From NCBI GenBank assembly GCA_035084275.1, contig CM068758.1, positions 10,664,001-10,728,000 of the forward strand: 64,000 nucleotides of DNA, in the 5' to 3' direction. This DNA is from Hydrolagus colliei. Lineage: Eukaryota. Positions 13,061 through 26,271 of the stretch are shown one piece after another. A program made the position numbers and the translations under genes. Below the pieces are notes generated by a model. The model was not told the origin of the DNA and did no database searches. It worked only from the letters and a program-made list of their open reading frames with translations. Numbering within the stretch: the first letter of the stretch is position 1; every line of letters begins with the position of its first letter.

Positions 13061-16000
13061 TTAATATAAGAGTACAGTGGAAGCCCGTTTATCTGGCACC
13101 CTCAGGACCTGGCCAGTGGATATTCGGCAGAACCCACCCCCCCAAAAAAAAATTATATATATATTTTTAAAAACATAGCGTATTAATAATAGACTGAATA
13201 ATCATTTGTATGATAATATAATATATAAATAATAATTATAATCATTTTACACACAGCTACCAGGCAGTTCAGAGATCTTTGTGCAAAAGAGTGCAAAAGT
13301 TACATGTCTGAATGACACTGTTCTCATCGGGGGCAGAAGAGAGGAAACAAAACGAGTTATTGAGAAAGCAGCCCCGCTGTCACTGTTCAGTGAACTTTCC
13401 TTCCAAATGATCCAAAGATCGGCACTGAAAGCAAACGTTTCATTTCACTTTTAAAGTTAGATTTGTTTTTAACATCAGACTGGGGTAAGGGGAGGCGCTG
13501 AGTGTGTTTCTGATATACACTGCAGCTTCCCAAGCTTAAATGTATTTGTAAAATAAACCAGACTTGAGAAGTGTTGCAGGGGTTTATGTTTTTTATTAAT
13601 TTATTAAATGTATTAAAATAAAAGCTACGGCTGTGATATGCATTGATCTGCAAGCTTTGCTTGAGTGTGTGTGTTTTGTTGCTTTGTGGCTAAATTAATG
13701 AACTCACCCTCACTCTCCCTCCTCTCTCAAACCTCTGTACATTCTGAGCTAGCGCCACCATCAGACACTTAGTAGCAGCATTCCAAAATACTGACGCAAC
13801 ACAAAACACCCAAAACTTGAATATTGAACATTTTGAAGGGGGATAACCTAATTGTTAACTTGCAATTGCTCTTGCATACAAACTGCTCAGTTTGATGGCC
13901 ACAAAAAATCTGGATAAATTGTTAAGAGAACAAAAGCTAGCTTTACAACTCGTATTGTAAATTTGTACAATTGGTCAGTGAAGGGTTACATTGTTCGAGA
14001 CAGGTTCGCTCTGTACTACTTCGTATTTGTGGATGAGCTTTATTCCCCGGGGTTGTCTGTGTGTGTGTGTGTGTGTTAGACACAGAGGGAGCTCCCTGCT
14101 TTTTGCAAATGTCAATGATCACTGTCTCTTTCTGCGTGAGCGGTTCTAACCAGGTTACTTTTTCTGTAAGCATGAATAGATGCCTCAGGCAGTGCAGGTG
14201 CTTCTGAAACATTGCTTTAAAAGTTCAAACATAACCCTGGAGTAATTTATTTTATAATAAACTTTGTACTTCGCAGAATATTTTACTCGGCTCCAACGAT
14301 TTAGTGGCGAAAATATCTGACACTTGGAGTGGGTCCCTACTTTATAGGATTTGATGGAGTCAAGTGTATTCTTCCCAATACTAGATAGTTCATCTCTGCA
14401 AACGATAATCTTGCAGGAATAAACCGTACTGGATGCATTGCTCCCCATGTTATTTTAGTAATTGAGAGGTAAGGGTTTATGCCTCCTGCCAAATGTTTTA
14501 TTCCATCTGGTTGGATGTCAGTGCAACAGTGATTAACTTTAAACACAGACTGATGGTGGGATACTGCTGTGCGTAATCGGCTGCTGGGTTTCAACCACAA
14601 AATATACAGTCAATTCACTGTACGGTATATTCAGTGAAGTAGTTTGATACATCTTGATGACGTGATAAGGCGCTATATCAAGTGCAAGGCTTATTCTTAT
14701 TATCGGATTGTGTGCCTATTGTTCCACTGGGAGAGTTGGTAAGGTCACTCATTCCGGTGGTGGTGTGGGTGGGTGGGGGGGGGACCAGGGGGAGTGGGTA
14801 AGGCATCCAGTACTTAGGGAGGAGATGTGAATGGTTCTGAACACTGCCGTAAAGAATGCAGAGATGTCAGTGTCAACATCATTGTCTTTTGGCAAGGTGA
14901 AGCTGCATCTTGCACAAACAAGCTAGGCGCAGGTGGTTTCAACTGAAGTTCTCTGGAGATTGCCTTGCTTTTACCATAGAGAAACATCTGGCTCCATGCA
15001 ATTCATCAGCTCTGCATTTCTATTATTGCTTACCTTTTGAGTTCATTGAAGAATTGCCTACATGATGACAACCCTACCCTTTCAAGATTTCAATTACTTC
15101 TGTTCCAAATCAGAAATGGACACTCAGCACAGCAGCCAAGTAGTAATTCAAAGGGCAGGAACAAAGCTGGCAAAATACCTACTCCTCTTTTCATATTCTG
15201 TTGTTTACTGGTTACGGTATTACACAGAACACCAAATACAATCCACTTCCCTTGCATGGAAACTGCAGGAATTGCGACAGTTCAATTTTGAGAGGATTAT
15301 TTGCCCATCTGCATATCCCGAGGGAAAATAAAAAGGGGACATTTAAAATGGGGGGAAATAGTCTACCCTGGAAGGCAACTTCTTAAGGTACATAACTCAA
15401 GGGATCAGGTACTCTCCTTGTTCCTTGGCCCCTCAGCCTTCGGGATAACTAATTTTGATGCTGCACGTTAAACTGTTGAGACTTCAATATGATTTGAGCC
15501 ATGAGTAACTTTTAAGCGTCTGATAACCTCAAGTTAGATGAAGTTCTAAGCTTCAGACCAAATGTAGTGAACTGGATTTCTTTCATGATTACTATTAAGC
15601 TTGTTTACCCACAAAATACAGTCAATTCAATTGCAGTATATTATGTGAAGTGTTTTAAGACGATGTGATATAGTGCTGTATCCAGTCACATTTGGAGATC
15701 TTACATCAGTGAAGAAATCAGCTTGAAGTAGTAACTGAGAAACTCCTTGTACAGGTTCAAATCTTGGCTTAAAGTGCTAATAATGTGCAATCACACATTT
15801 TACAGCTCTGAATGTATTTCTGAAGGGCTGCATAAATTTGACATGGTTACTTGACAGTCTTGTTTTTGTTCCTGTTAGTGAGCCAGCCTACTTTGTTGAA
15901 GGTGAACCTAAAATTAGATCTGGCACCAAAATAGTTGCGGCAGTGTGGGAAGGGCTAGGAAGGTTTGGAGATTAGGGCGTTCATTCATCGGGCAGCCTGT

Positions 16001-19000
16001 GTCTACAGGATAGATGCAATTTCCTGCACAAGGCAGGTACTTTTGTGGTTTGAGGCAGCACATGTGATTGGAGGTCGAAAACAATGCAGGCAATTGTCAG
16101 AAAAAGATGTCAGGGTTTAGAATAACATTGGCAGTGGGCAAACCTGAAATTATCCAGATTTCAAGTCCAGTCAAGTTTCACTGGACAAACCCCTAACCAC
16201 TTCCTTTGCCCTTGGGAGAATTGTAGATTTGGCTTGGTTGCCTAGGGGCAAACAAGCTTTGCCATGCTCACCTGCACAACATTGAAATCCTGCACATAAA
16301 GCAGTAAAAGATAGTAGTACAGATGTGTTATTCACAGTGATGACTGAGTCTAGATATACGTATTTTCCAATATTGTTTGCATGGTTGTATTTTAAATTGC
16401 CTGAAATTAATTAGATTTGACTTGAAATATTAATTTATCCCGTTTTTTTTGCTGCAAGAAAAATAAAATGGAAACATTTGAGAAAATGCCTGGAAATGTG
16501 AGTGAGATGAATTAACATTGACGGAGATGGTCATTAACCTTGCAAGATTCATTTCAGTTGTGACCGATAGGTTTCGCAATTCCTCAAGTCATTTTTCCGG
16601 ACATCATCAGCATTCCCTTGTTCAGTGTTTCAGGATTGATGTGTATATGTCAACATGTGTTGAATAATTAAACGCAAATATTGCAAATGGAAAAAAAATG
16701 AAATGGCCGACATACGTTTAAGTAAATTACATTACCGTGCTTGAGGTGCAGGTTTTAAAACCATTCTAATTTTTTTGGGAATGCCACAATACCACAATTT
16801 TATCGGTAAGCTATCCTGCAGCAACAGGATTGAAGATAGACTATACGTGACTAAGGATAGGGTTTGATGGAGTGATCTATGCAGTTCAAGATGGGTTTGA
16901 TGACAATCATTTATTATGGCCAGTGCTTGTACGCTAAAGTGGCCTGCAAACATACATGCACAGTGAAGGCAGCCAGAGCCTGTTGGGATCCAACAGTCAA
17001 TGAGTGATGGAGAGTGACTTTCTTTCCACTCTGTGACTCCCGTGAATGATATTGTCTGTGACTGTCTCTCATTCCACACCTTTGGGAGGTCTTCCCGACG
17101 TGAAAGGCGCTATACAAATGTAATTTGTTGCTGATGAAAGAACACTGACAAATTTGCTAGTTTAGTTCTACAAGGATCAGCTGTTTTGCTGCAGTTGATA
17201 TAAATCACCACCCCCCTCCATCTTCTTTCCTTAATGGTAGTCAGTGATACATCACCAAAGGGGGAGGCTAATATATCCTTTATCACTCAACAGCAAGCAC
17301 ACCCACTCTCCTAATTGGTATACAACATATCTTGTACAGTAGCTCGTCTCTGTCTGCAGTATTTAAACTTCCCTTCAGAGCTTAATGCTCAAATGTTTGA
17401 AGAGAAGTTCGATTGTCTCTTGTTCACCCTGTCAACAAATGTCAGAAAGTGGAATGATTACCCTACGCGTTGCAATTACAAAACTGTCTTTGTCCATCTC
17501 TTTAATGCGCTTGAAGATACGAGGAATTTAAGTGCAGAGCTTAACCCTTAAGTCACATCGACTGTTTGCAGCATTGTTGTGTTTACCTGGAATTTGTTGC
17601 CGTGATCCGTATCTTTTATTGAATGCCAGTCTCTTGGTATGATGTTATATTATCAAAATCACAAGGTTAGTGTAAGATCATTCAAAGCAAGGTTTTGGTG
17701 TGAAATATTTTCTTTCTTTGCAGGTAAAAAGCATCATTCAACTAATAAATATCTGAAAACCAAGGACCACTGAAACGCACCCAAACAATAAAACCATAAT
17801 TACTGGCGTCTTAACATTATATACTTGTTCACAAATTGTCGCAGTTTATATGGACGCTTTGTGACTCACCCACCCAAATTCTGGAAAACAAGGCAACTAT
17901 TATCACGGGTAGAAATTCTCTTGATCTGGTTGTTATCATTTTGTTATTTTCCCATTTCTCGACTGAATCCATCCTTTGGATGATATATTAAACTGAGTCT
18001 TCATCTTACCTTGCAGTCAAATATTCCATGGCACAGGTGCGCGGTATAAATGCAACTTGCTGTGATAAGATGGTATATCAAATGCAAAGATTATTGTTTG
18101 TAAGATGCTGACTCTACAAATATAATTTTGTGGTGGTTGTTTTGATATAATTTCCAATGGTGAAACTCAAATATATAAAATAACTGGATAGGAGGGCCTC
18201 AAATCGCAAGGATATTTATGTTTCACCTGAGGGAACTTTATCAGCCGCTCTGTCTCTGTCAAATTAAGCAGGTAGCAAAAGTTTTAGAAATAATTTGAAA
18301 TGTTTGATTTAAACAATCTTCTACAATCTAACTTAGCTTAGTCAAAAATTAAATACTTGAAATTATTGTCTGAAAGGCAAATATATAACTCAAATTGTCT
18401 TCCGAGGAGATGATTTTGTTTTAACCATTGTACCCAGTTAACATAAATGCATGGTACTATAATATGCAGCAAAATAGAACCCAATATCACTAAATGTGAA
18501 ATGATGTGCATTTCAGTTTAAGTTATACTCCTTGACCATCGGGCGTCTTATGGTTATTGCTGTCTCCTATGAAACTGGCTGCTAGCAAACTAAAATGCCT
18601 AAATTGAAACTGAACCACTCCACCGATCTCATCTCTGTAAGAAAGGCTGTAATGCAACGAATCTCATTTTGAAATCCAGGTAACAAGCCAGCATTTCCGA
18701 GTAAGAAAGAAACGGGATGAAAGCGTCAAAGTGAAACGTGTCAGTATTGGGAAATCAAGTGGCTTTCTACTTCACACCTGGAGTTGGCATCAAGCAGATG
18801 AGATAAATGAGATGAGATAAATAAGATTGCCGAAGACCAAAAACATGCTTTCATTTTTTGCTGAAATAGCACAACGTTTTTATCTTACATTCACAGATAC
18901 AGTATATGTGTGATCTATGAATAATACTGGCAATTTAGTGTCAAATTATAGCTTGTTCTGTGCTGTTGCGGTTAAACCCACTCAACTCTTTTTAGGTGGG

Positions 19001-19319
19001 TCATGTGAAATCATCAGGGTGAGTCCACTTAAGCCTCATTCTGGGATGTTTTCAGAAGAGGAGTTATAGTATAGTATGAGTCAAAGTGGTCTGATCGATC
19101 CACACTTGTTTTAACAGTACAGTATCTACTGTATTATTTATTATAGGCTTATTGTTGAAATGTGGAAGTGAGGAAAGAAAGTCTGGGTTGAGTTTTGTGG
19201 TTTCTTCAGACAATAGCTAATCCTATCCAGACAAGCTATTTCATGTAGAATATAATTAAATTTATTTGGGATTGGGATGTTTCCTACTCGGCACCCATTA
19301 AACCTAAAAGCCCAAACCC

Positions 19320-19595
19320 TAATGGATAGGGTGGTCCTAGCTGGACACTCAGTAGGAAGCTTGCTTCTGCATTAGAAAGATAGGGCTATTGATGGCAAGC
19401 TATGTGGCTTTAGCTGGTTAAATTCCAGCGATACTCGTACACTCATGGGTCCCGAAGCCTTGACAACTTGTGACAAATACTCTTGGAGTTGGATAAGCAA
19501 GAGGAAGAGCATGCACATTCCATTCCAAACACGGGATTTTCCGTGAGCAGATAGAATGCATAAAACTCTCAGTCTTGTTTGGAAATCCTCAACCA
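19320..19595 (+). repeat. Unclassified interspersed repeat, copy 2
   Basis: taatggatagggtggtcctagctggaca...atgtggctttagctggttaaattccagc...cattccattccaaa...tggaaatcctcaa. Confidence 0.6.
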
Positions 19596-21216
19596 TATTC
19601 ATGGGTTTCTGCCCGTATTCAGACACCTGATTACCAAATAAAATGAATACAGTTTAGACAGATGTGATTTGTCTGGTTTACGTGATCCCCCATTCAATTG
19701 CGGGTAAACTCTTAAGTCTACTTGTCTGTTCTTGTCCCCTTTTTACTTTTCATTCTACTCGCATGTCTTTCTGTCATTGACAAAGACCTTGGGGATTTTC
19801 ACGGTGGTAGCATGAAGCTGTATGACAATTTAAAACACTAAGTTTGCTTCCAGATTTCTACATAAAAGAAAATTGGCAGAAGTTTTGAAAGATAATTTGA
19901 CTGACTCTATGAAGTTGCCATTTACACCAAGGTATGAAGAAGACATGTGTACTTATAGAAACGCTTTCGTAATCAAAACATAATTTTAGAGTTGATTATT
20001 CATCCTTTCGCCCTGCACAAATTGAATAGCTCTTTGAAGTTCATACTTCAATGGACAAAAGGGACAGCCATAATTGATTGGTTGCATAACGGTGAAGGAA
20101 CCCCTTATCTGAGAGAAATAAGTTCAGGATTTAGTAGCCACGTTGATTGGTATGCAGAGAGTCACGCAGCTACCATTCAAGCTCCGCATCTCCAACGGAA
20201 GGTACCATCGCTCGATGTGTATCGCAGCTGTGGGTGGGAAGATGGTGGCAAGGATCTCACATATTTCATCCTGAGCTGTCCTGTTTACCGGGAAGCTTGA
20301 CGTGTTAATTGTACCCACGAGAAAGATTCCAACAGGCTCAAGAGAAGTGATGCTGGATGCAACTGAAGCTGTTACTTTGAAGTAAATAGGTTACAAAGGG
20401 CCTCCGATAAAGCTGAGGCCAGACAAAGATACAAAATCTTGACAAGCTGTGACAATAGCAAGGCAGAATCTCTGAACATGACAATATTTAGAATAAGCAA
20501 TCCTTCGTCTATAGTACAGCACTGTATTCAAAAATAAATAAAATCTAGCCTACCTGTTGGCAGCTATCCTTGGTTTCTTAGCATATTTTGCTTGCCTTGG
20601 AGGCCTGTCAATACAGGTCTCCTCACATCTGAAGCTGCCCTATACAGAAATATACATCAGTCCCTATGAGACTTTCAGCAACTTTATTCATTTCAACAGC
20701 AGCAAAAAAATTAGCCTGGCCTGAAGACCTATCTGGAAGCAACCAGGATGGAAAGACTAGACAACAGTGCTGTGCACTGGGCCAATTCCAGCTTTTCTAG
20801 CTTGGGCTGCAGGATAGTCCAAAGCACAATTTCCCATTGAATAAATGGAGTTGATGCTCAAGAGCCTCTATGATGTGTAATTGCTATAGGTCAGAGACCT
20901 AAAATAGCAGGCCTTCAGGACAGCAAGAATATGCTAGTAAATCTAAGATTTAATGCATAATTCAGTCAGACAGCATTATTTCTAAAACCTTTGAAGTATG
21001 GCAAGTATTGGGAGGAATGTTATATTCTTATTAACTATTGGTTAACACTATCCACCTGGCCCTGCTAATATTTCAAAAACAAGATGGCTGTACTTGCTGG
21101 AAAGTCATTAATGTACAACAATATCCAGGAGTATAACATTCTATATAATCTGTAAATTGTTACTATTGTAAAACACACAGGAAATAAAAGCCAACCAAAA
21201 TAATGTCAATTGATCC

Positions 21217-21532
21217 ATAATAATAATCTTTGCATTTGATATAGCGCTTTTCACGTCTTCTAGACGTCTCAAAGCACTTCACAGAATATACTGTAAATTT
21301 AATTGACTGTATATTTGTGGGTGAAACACAGAAGCCAATTGCACACAGCAATGTCCCACAAACAGTCGTGGATTGAAATGACCAGTTTTTTTTTGGTGGG
21401 GGAGGGGAGGGATTATTATTAGGCATGTGGAGTAAGGAAATTTGCCCAAGGTTTTGCCCTGACCTGTTTAGATTCGAACATAGGTCTCATACTTGTAAGA
21501 CGAGTGTTCTAACCACTGAGCTACAGGACTCC
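21217..21532 (-). mobile_element. tRNA-derived SINE, full length (short subfamily)
   Basis: On the - strand: GGAGTCCTGTAGCTCAGTGGTTAGAACACTCG...GTTCGAATC...Deu-like core...gtgaaaagcgctatatcaaatgcaaagattattattat. Confidence 0.9.
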
Positions 21533-21789
21533 ACAATAAGCAGATGATGGTTCAAATGAACTACTTTGATACTACATAAACTGCAGGGAAATTGAAAAAA
21601 CAATCTAGTGGCAAGGTGTAGCCGGCGTACTGCTCTATGTGTCTTGGCTTTATTTAGCGTCTCACTGCTTGGACATATTGACTGGCATTGGGTTTTGGTC
21701 CAATCCATGTGGTTTGTGAAGTGGTCGTTAATGAAATTGTGACGTTGGTCGACATGATTTAATGATGGTTGATACTTGTTGATAATGGT

Positions 21790-22148
21790 GGAGGCCTGTA
21801 ACCTAGTGGTTAGAATACTCGCTTCGCCTGACCTGAATTCAATTTCTGGGCATGGTGAAGTATTTGGCACATTTTCTTATTCTACATACTTCTATTTACC
21901 TAGCAGTAAGTAGGAACCTAGTTGTTCGTTGATTGTCAGATTGCTTTTCTGGGTGTAATAAGCCCCTTACAAAAGAATGGGTCACTCAACCCACAACTGT
22001 TTGTGGGACACTGCTGTGCACACTTGGCTGCTGCGTTTCGCCCACAAACCTACAGTCAATTCACTTTACAGTACATTCGTGAATCACTTTGAAATGTCTA
22101 GAAGACATGAAAAGCGCTGTATCAAATGCAAAGATTATTATGTTATTA
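21790..22148 (+). mobile_element. tRNA-derived SINE, full length (long subfamily)
   Basis: Degenerate tRNA head, ctatttacctagcagtaagtaggaacc middle segment, Deu-like core, L2-like tail. Confidence 0.82.
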
Positions 22149-22269
22149 TGACTTTTGTAGAGTACTTGCAGATTGGATCCACCTAATGTTTGAGTAGCTT
22201 AATTGATCGCCTACAAGACTTGGTCAGTAGGCTGTGTATTTAAGCCCCATTTTGGAACGTTGAACTTAC

Positions 22270-22690
22270 ATTCTGTGATGACACTCCAGTGATGAAAAAG
22301 ATAACATTATCTGACGTGCAGACCTTCAGATGAGATGCTGAACTGAGGTCCTGGATGCCTGCCTGTTCAGTTGAGTGGCAAAGATAAATATAATAATAAT
22401 AATCCTTGCATTTGATATAGCGCTTTTCACATCTCGACGTCTCAAAGTGCATCACAGAATATACTGTATGAATTGACTGTATATTTGTGGGTGAAATATC
22501 CCATGACGCTCTTCAAAACTGATTCTCCCAGTGGCAAACTATTCTTCAGCTCAATTGGTCATTCACCTCCTGGTTGTTTGTAGGATATTGCTGTGGGCCA
22601 AATGGCTGATGCGTTCATCCACAAATACAGTCATTACACTTCATATGAGATCATATTAGAGGCACTTTATCAAATGTAAGAATTATTATC
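22270..22690 (+). mobile_element. Old DeuSINE (AmnSINE1/SacSINE1-like) interrupted by an antisense young-SINE tail at ~22386-22497
   Basis: cttcagatgagatgctgaactgaggtcc..gcctgttcag..aaagat [insert] atcccatgacgctcttcaaa..tgtttgtaggatattgctgtg..aaatggctg matches the recalled Deu-domain consensus. Confidence 0.65.
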
Positions 22691-23642
22691 AACACATATT
22701 TATTATGTCTTTCTTCAAACTGTGACCATCAAAGCTTCATTTTAAGGCCCTAGTTCTCAAAACATTATATGAAATCTTCTTTTCCAAATAAAACACTGAT
22801 CATTCTAAAAGATGTAGATTTCCTCAATTTTTCTCTTCAATGCTCTCACAAGACTTTTTACATTTATTGCGCTTTGATACTCTGCCATATTCACTTGCTT
22901 GACAGCATTGTGTCGACTGAATAGAAGTAAAATGGCATAATAGGGAGGAAATATCTCATTGATTTTACTGGGGCCACTCTACTCATTGAAACTCATTCTT
23001 GTTATAAATCTGAACATAATTTTTCTGATTTTATGATGCGCTGCTTGATAAGAATTAATAAATGGAATTCATGATTTGGGTGCAGTTTATCTATCCCACA
23101 TGTGGCATAAAGTTCAGGTATCAGAGAAGCTTATATCCTTGGTTCCTTTTTGACTGAATAGCTTATAGTATATGGACACAAAGTGGCACCATTCAGTTAT
23201 CTCAAAATACTCAATATCAGCTTTTCCATGCTGTTTCTCCTATCTTTGTTTCCTCCCATTCTCTCCCTTCCCCTAATACACACAAATTGCATCAACTTCT
23301 CTCTCAAATTCATCAAGCCGGTTGAGTGTCCAGTCACATGCATCTTCTGACCAATATTTGTTGTCCTCACCTCTGTTATTCGTGAAAAGTGCTATATCAA
23401 ACGCAAGGATTATTCTTATTATTATCTGCCTCCCAGCGAACCTCAGTCCAAATAGCGCCCAAATCCTTATCCATGCCTTTGTTACTTCCTACTAGACCTT
23501 TCACACAGGAGAAAGCTAAGCTTTCAGTTCTATGCCACCAATCTCTGAAATTCCTCCCTCAACCTGCCTGTCTCGCCTTTCTCTATCTGTCTTTAGACTT
23601 ACTTTAAAACTTACTTCAAGTAGAGTCTCCTTGGGTGGTATT

Positions 23643-23988
23643 GGAGCTCCTGTGGCTCAGTGGTTAGAGCATTTGTCTTGCAAGTTGGGGAGATCAAGCT
23701 GGGGAGATCTGTGTTCGAAACCAGGCAGGTCAGGGCGAAACCTTGGGCAAGTTTCCTTACTCCACATGCCTAATAATAATAATCCGTCCAAAAAAAACAA
23801 CAATAATAAAATTGGTCATTTCAATCCACGACTATTTGTGGGGACACTGCTGTGCGCAATTGGCTGCCCCGTTTCACCACAAATATACAGTCAATTAACT
23901 TTACAGTGTATTCTGTGAAGCGCTTTGGGACATCGATAAGATGTGAAAAGCACTATATCAAATGCATGGATTGTTACATTGTTATTAT
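23643..23988 (+). mobile_element. tRNA-derived SINE, full length
   Basis: ggagctcctgtggctcagtggttagagc..gttcgaaacc..cttgggcaagtttccttactcc..core..gtgaaaagcactatatcaaatgc; short internal duplication ggggagatc. Confidence 0.88.
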
Positions 23989-25186
23989 ATGTGAAAGGAG
24001 CTATAAAATGTCAATCATTGTTCACAGATATGAATCTTTTGGTAGCAATGATTTGGTGTCGAAGGGCAACTTTTATTTTATTTTAATCATTTTGTTTAAT
24101 TTCAAATGACAGAAAAGCCAATGTTTCCTCCTGTTGCTATTCATGTGTAAATGTTACATCTCATCTCAAGTCTTACAGGGACAGCAGATGACATCTCCGT
24201 TTCAATTCTGAAGGCCTGAATGGTGTAACAGTGATGGATGCAAGTCTGTTTATACTTTGATGAATATTGCAAAGAGTAGTTAGGCAGTTTGGATAATGAC
24301 CCTATTCTTGGCTGTCTGAGATAGTGCAGCTCTCCACAGGGGATTTAAATCTTTTTTAACTTCATGAATTAAATTGGACAGCACTTAGAGCAGATTGCTT
24401 TTTTAATAGAAAATATTAAGTTATGAAGAGGATTTGCACTATGCCAGAAACATAATCCCTCCTTGCCCTTGAGTAATTGAAAGATCTTTCAATCCAGCAT
24501 TTCCATTTATGCTAGAGAATGTAATCCCATTGGGACAAAAAAAAGTGTGTGCTGAGTTAGTTAATATTGCTAGGGTTTTATATGAACACAAGTCTCGTCT
24601 TTACAGACAAGTAGGATTAAGAGTTCAAGCGATATTCATTGGATTGCAATTGGAAATTGTTAGTAATTTAAAATTTCACAAAAAGATTTACTGGCATACA
24701 TTGTAAAAATTTTAGTCGAGTGAACTTATTTTTTCCGTTCAAGTTTCCATTTTACATTTGTTGTATAATGGCCCATTAAACGGTATCTGCTGAAGGAGAT
24801 ATTGTTGGTAAGGACACTGGGAGAAATTCCTTTCTCTTTTGAATAATGTCATGGGATCTGTAATGTCCACTTGAATGGGACCTTGGGTTAATGTCTCTAA
24901 ATTCAACAAATACTGGGAGAATGTTTTGAAAAAAAGTTCCTAAAATATTGGCAGTCATTTTACTAGCCATGCAGTCTAGTGCATTTTCTTTGGTGCTTGT
25001 ATCTCCATTGAAGTGAATCAGATTCCACACATTATCTGGACATTTTCTGACAGCACAGGTCAGTGCTGAACATGGGAACGCCATCACGGATCTAATGTTT
25101 CTAATGCGTATTCAATATTTACCTACTTGAGGTGCTCGAGAAATATTTATGCAGTACCTGAACCGGTGATTTAACACCTGAAATGT

Positions 25187-25392
25187 AAATAACAATGATC
25201 CTTGCATTTGATATGTTGCCTAACTGTGTCTTCGAGACATCTCCAAGCGCTTCACAGAATATACTGCAAAGTGAATTGACTTTGCAGTATATTGTGTATA
25301 CTGTACAGTATATTGTGGGTGAAATGCGACAGCCAATTGCACACAGCAGTGCCCTACAAATCGTTGTGGTTTGAGTGAGCAAATTATTATTT
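25187..25392 (-). mobile_element. SINE 3' half
   Basis: Tail plus Deu-like core on the - strand. Similar 5'-truncated copies lie at 12665-12778(+), 14540-14703(+), 25785-25896(+), 28425-28572(+), 30754-30930(-), 40172-40380(-), 44120-44310(-) and 55117-55355(-). Confidence 0.8.
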
Positions 25393-26271
25393 TCTTTGAA
25401 ATGCTATTAATAAAAAGTTCTAGCGATGTGATAGCGTGCAGTACTGCAGGAAGTTTCTCGTACAGAGCAGTGTAAGGTTTATAAAAGGAAGCAAAACCTC
25501 TGCAGTTTACTTATATTTAAATAGGTGCGCATAGCTTTAGTAATAGTGCTTACCATCTGGCTGATTCAAATGCTCGATACAAAATTTAACTTTCATTTGT
25601 TATTTTTATCCTGACGCATGCAAATACAAAAGCTCACGAAGGAAGCGCCACAATCTGTTTGGACGATGCCTTATCGTGGCCAAGTCATGCACACCTCATG
25701 ACTCCAGCCTCTGATTTCTTTGTATTGCTTACCCTTTTTATTGCCTGTTATTTTTATTCTTTGTATCTGTTAAGCTTCAGGTATGCGATTTGCCCACAAA
25801 TATATACAGTCAATTCACTTGACAGTACATTCTGTGAAGCGCTATGGGACGTCGATAAGATGTGAAAAGCGCTATATCAAATGCAAGGATTATTATGTAT
25901 CTTGCTTCCTGTTGTACTCAAATAATCGAAAAAAAATGTTCAGCTAGAATAGTTACTTTAGAACTTTGCAAAACGTAACCAATTTGAAGTGTTGTCAAAC
26001 CGGCAATTTAGATTTTTTATCAAGATTGGTGGTTGAATTCTGACAAGTTCCAAATTGATCTTTATACAGTAATATTTATTTATTTAATTTTCCCACAATT
26101 CTGATGGAATACTATCATAATCTCTTTGTTTTTCCTAAGATCTCTCTCTCTGAAATGTATACAATCTGTTTTTAAACAGATTTCCATGGAAAAGGTGTCA
26201 TTCAATGCACCATCAAAGCATTCTCTTATCTTCTCTTTGCCTAACGGTACTTGCTGTAAGTATTCAACTGG

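Noticed and set aside
13075-13140. TA|CAGTGGAAGCCCGTTTATCTGGCACC, a Tigger-like left end
   Set aside because: I could not find a convincing right TIR, so extent and identity are unsupported.
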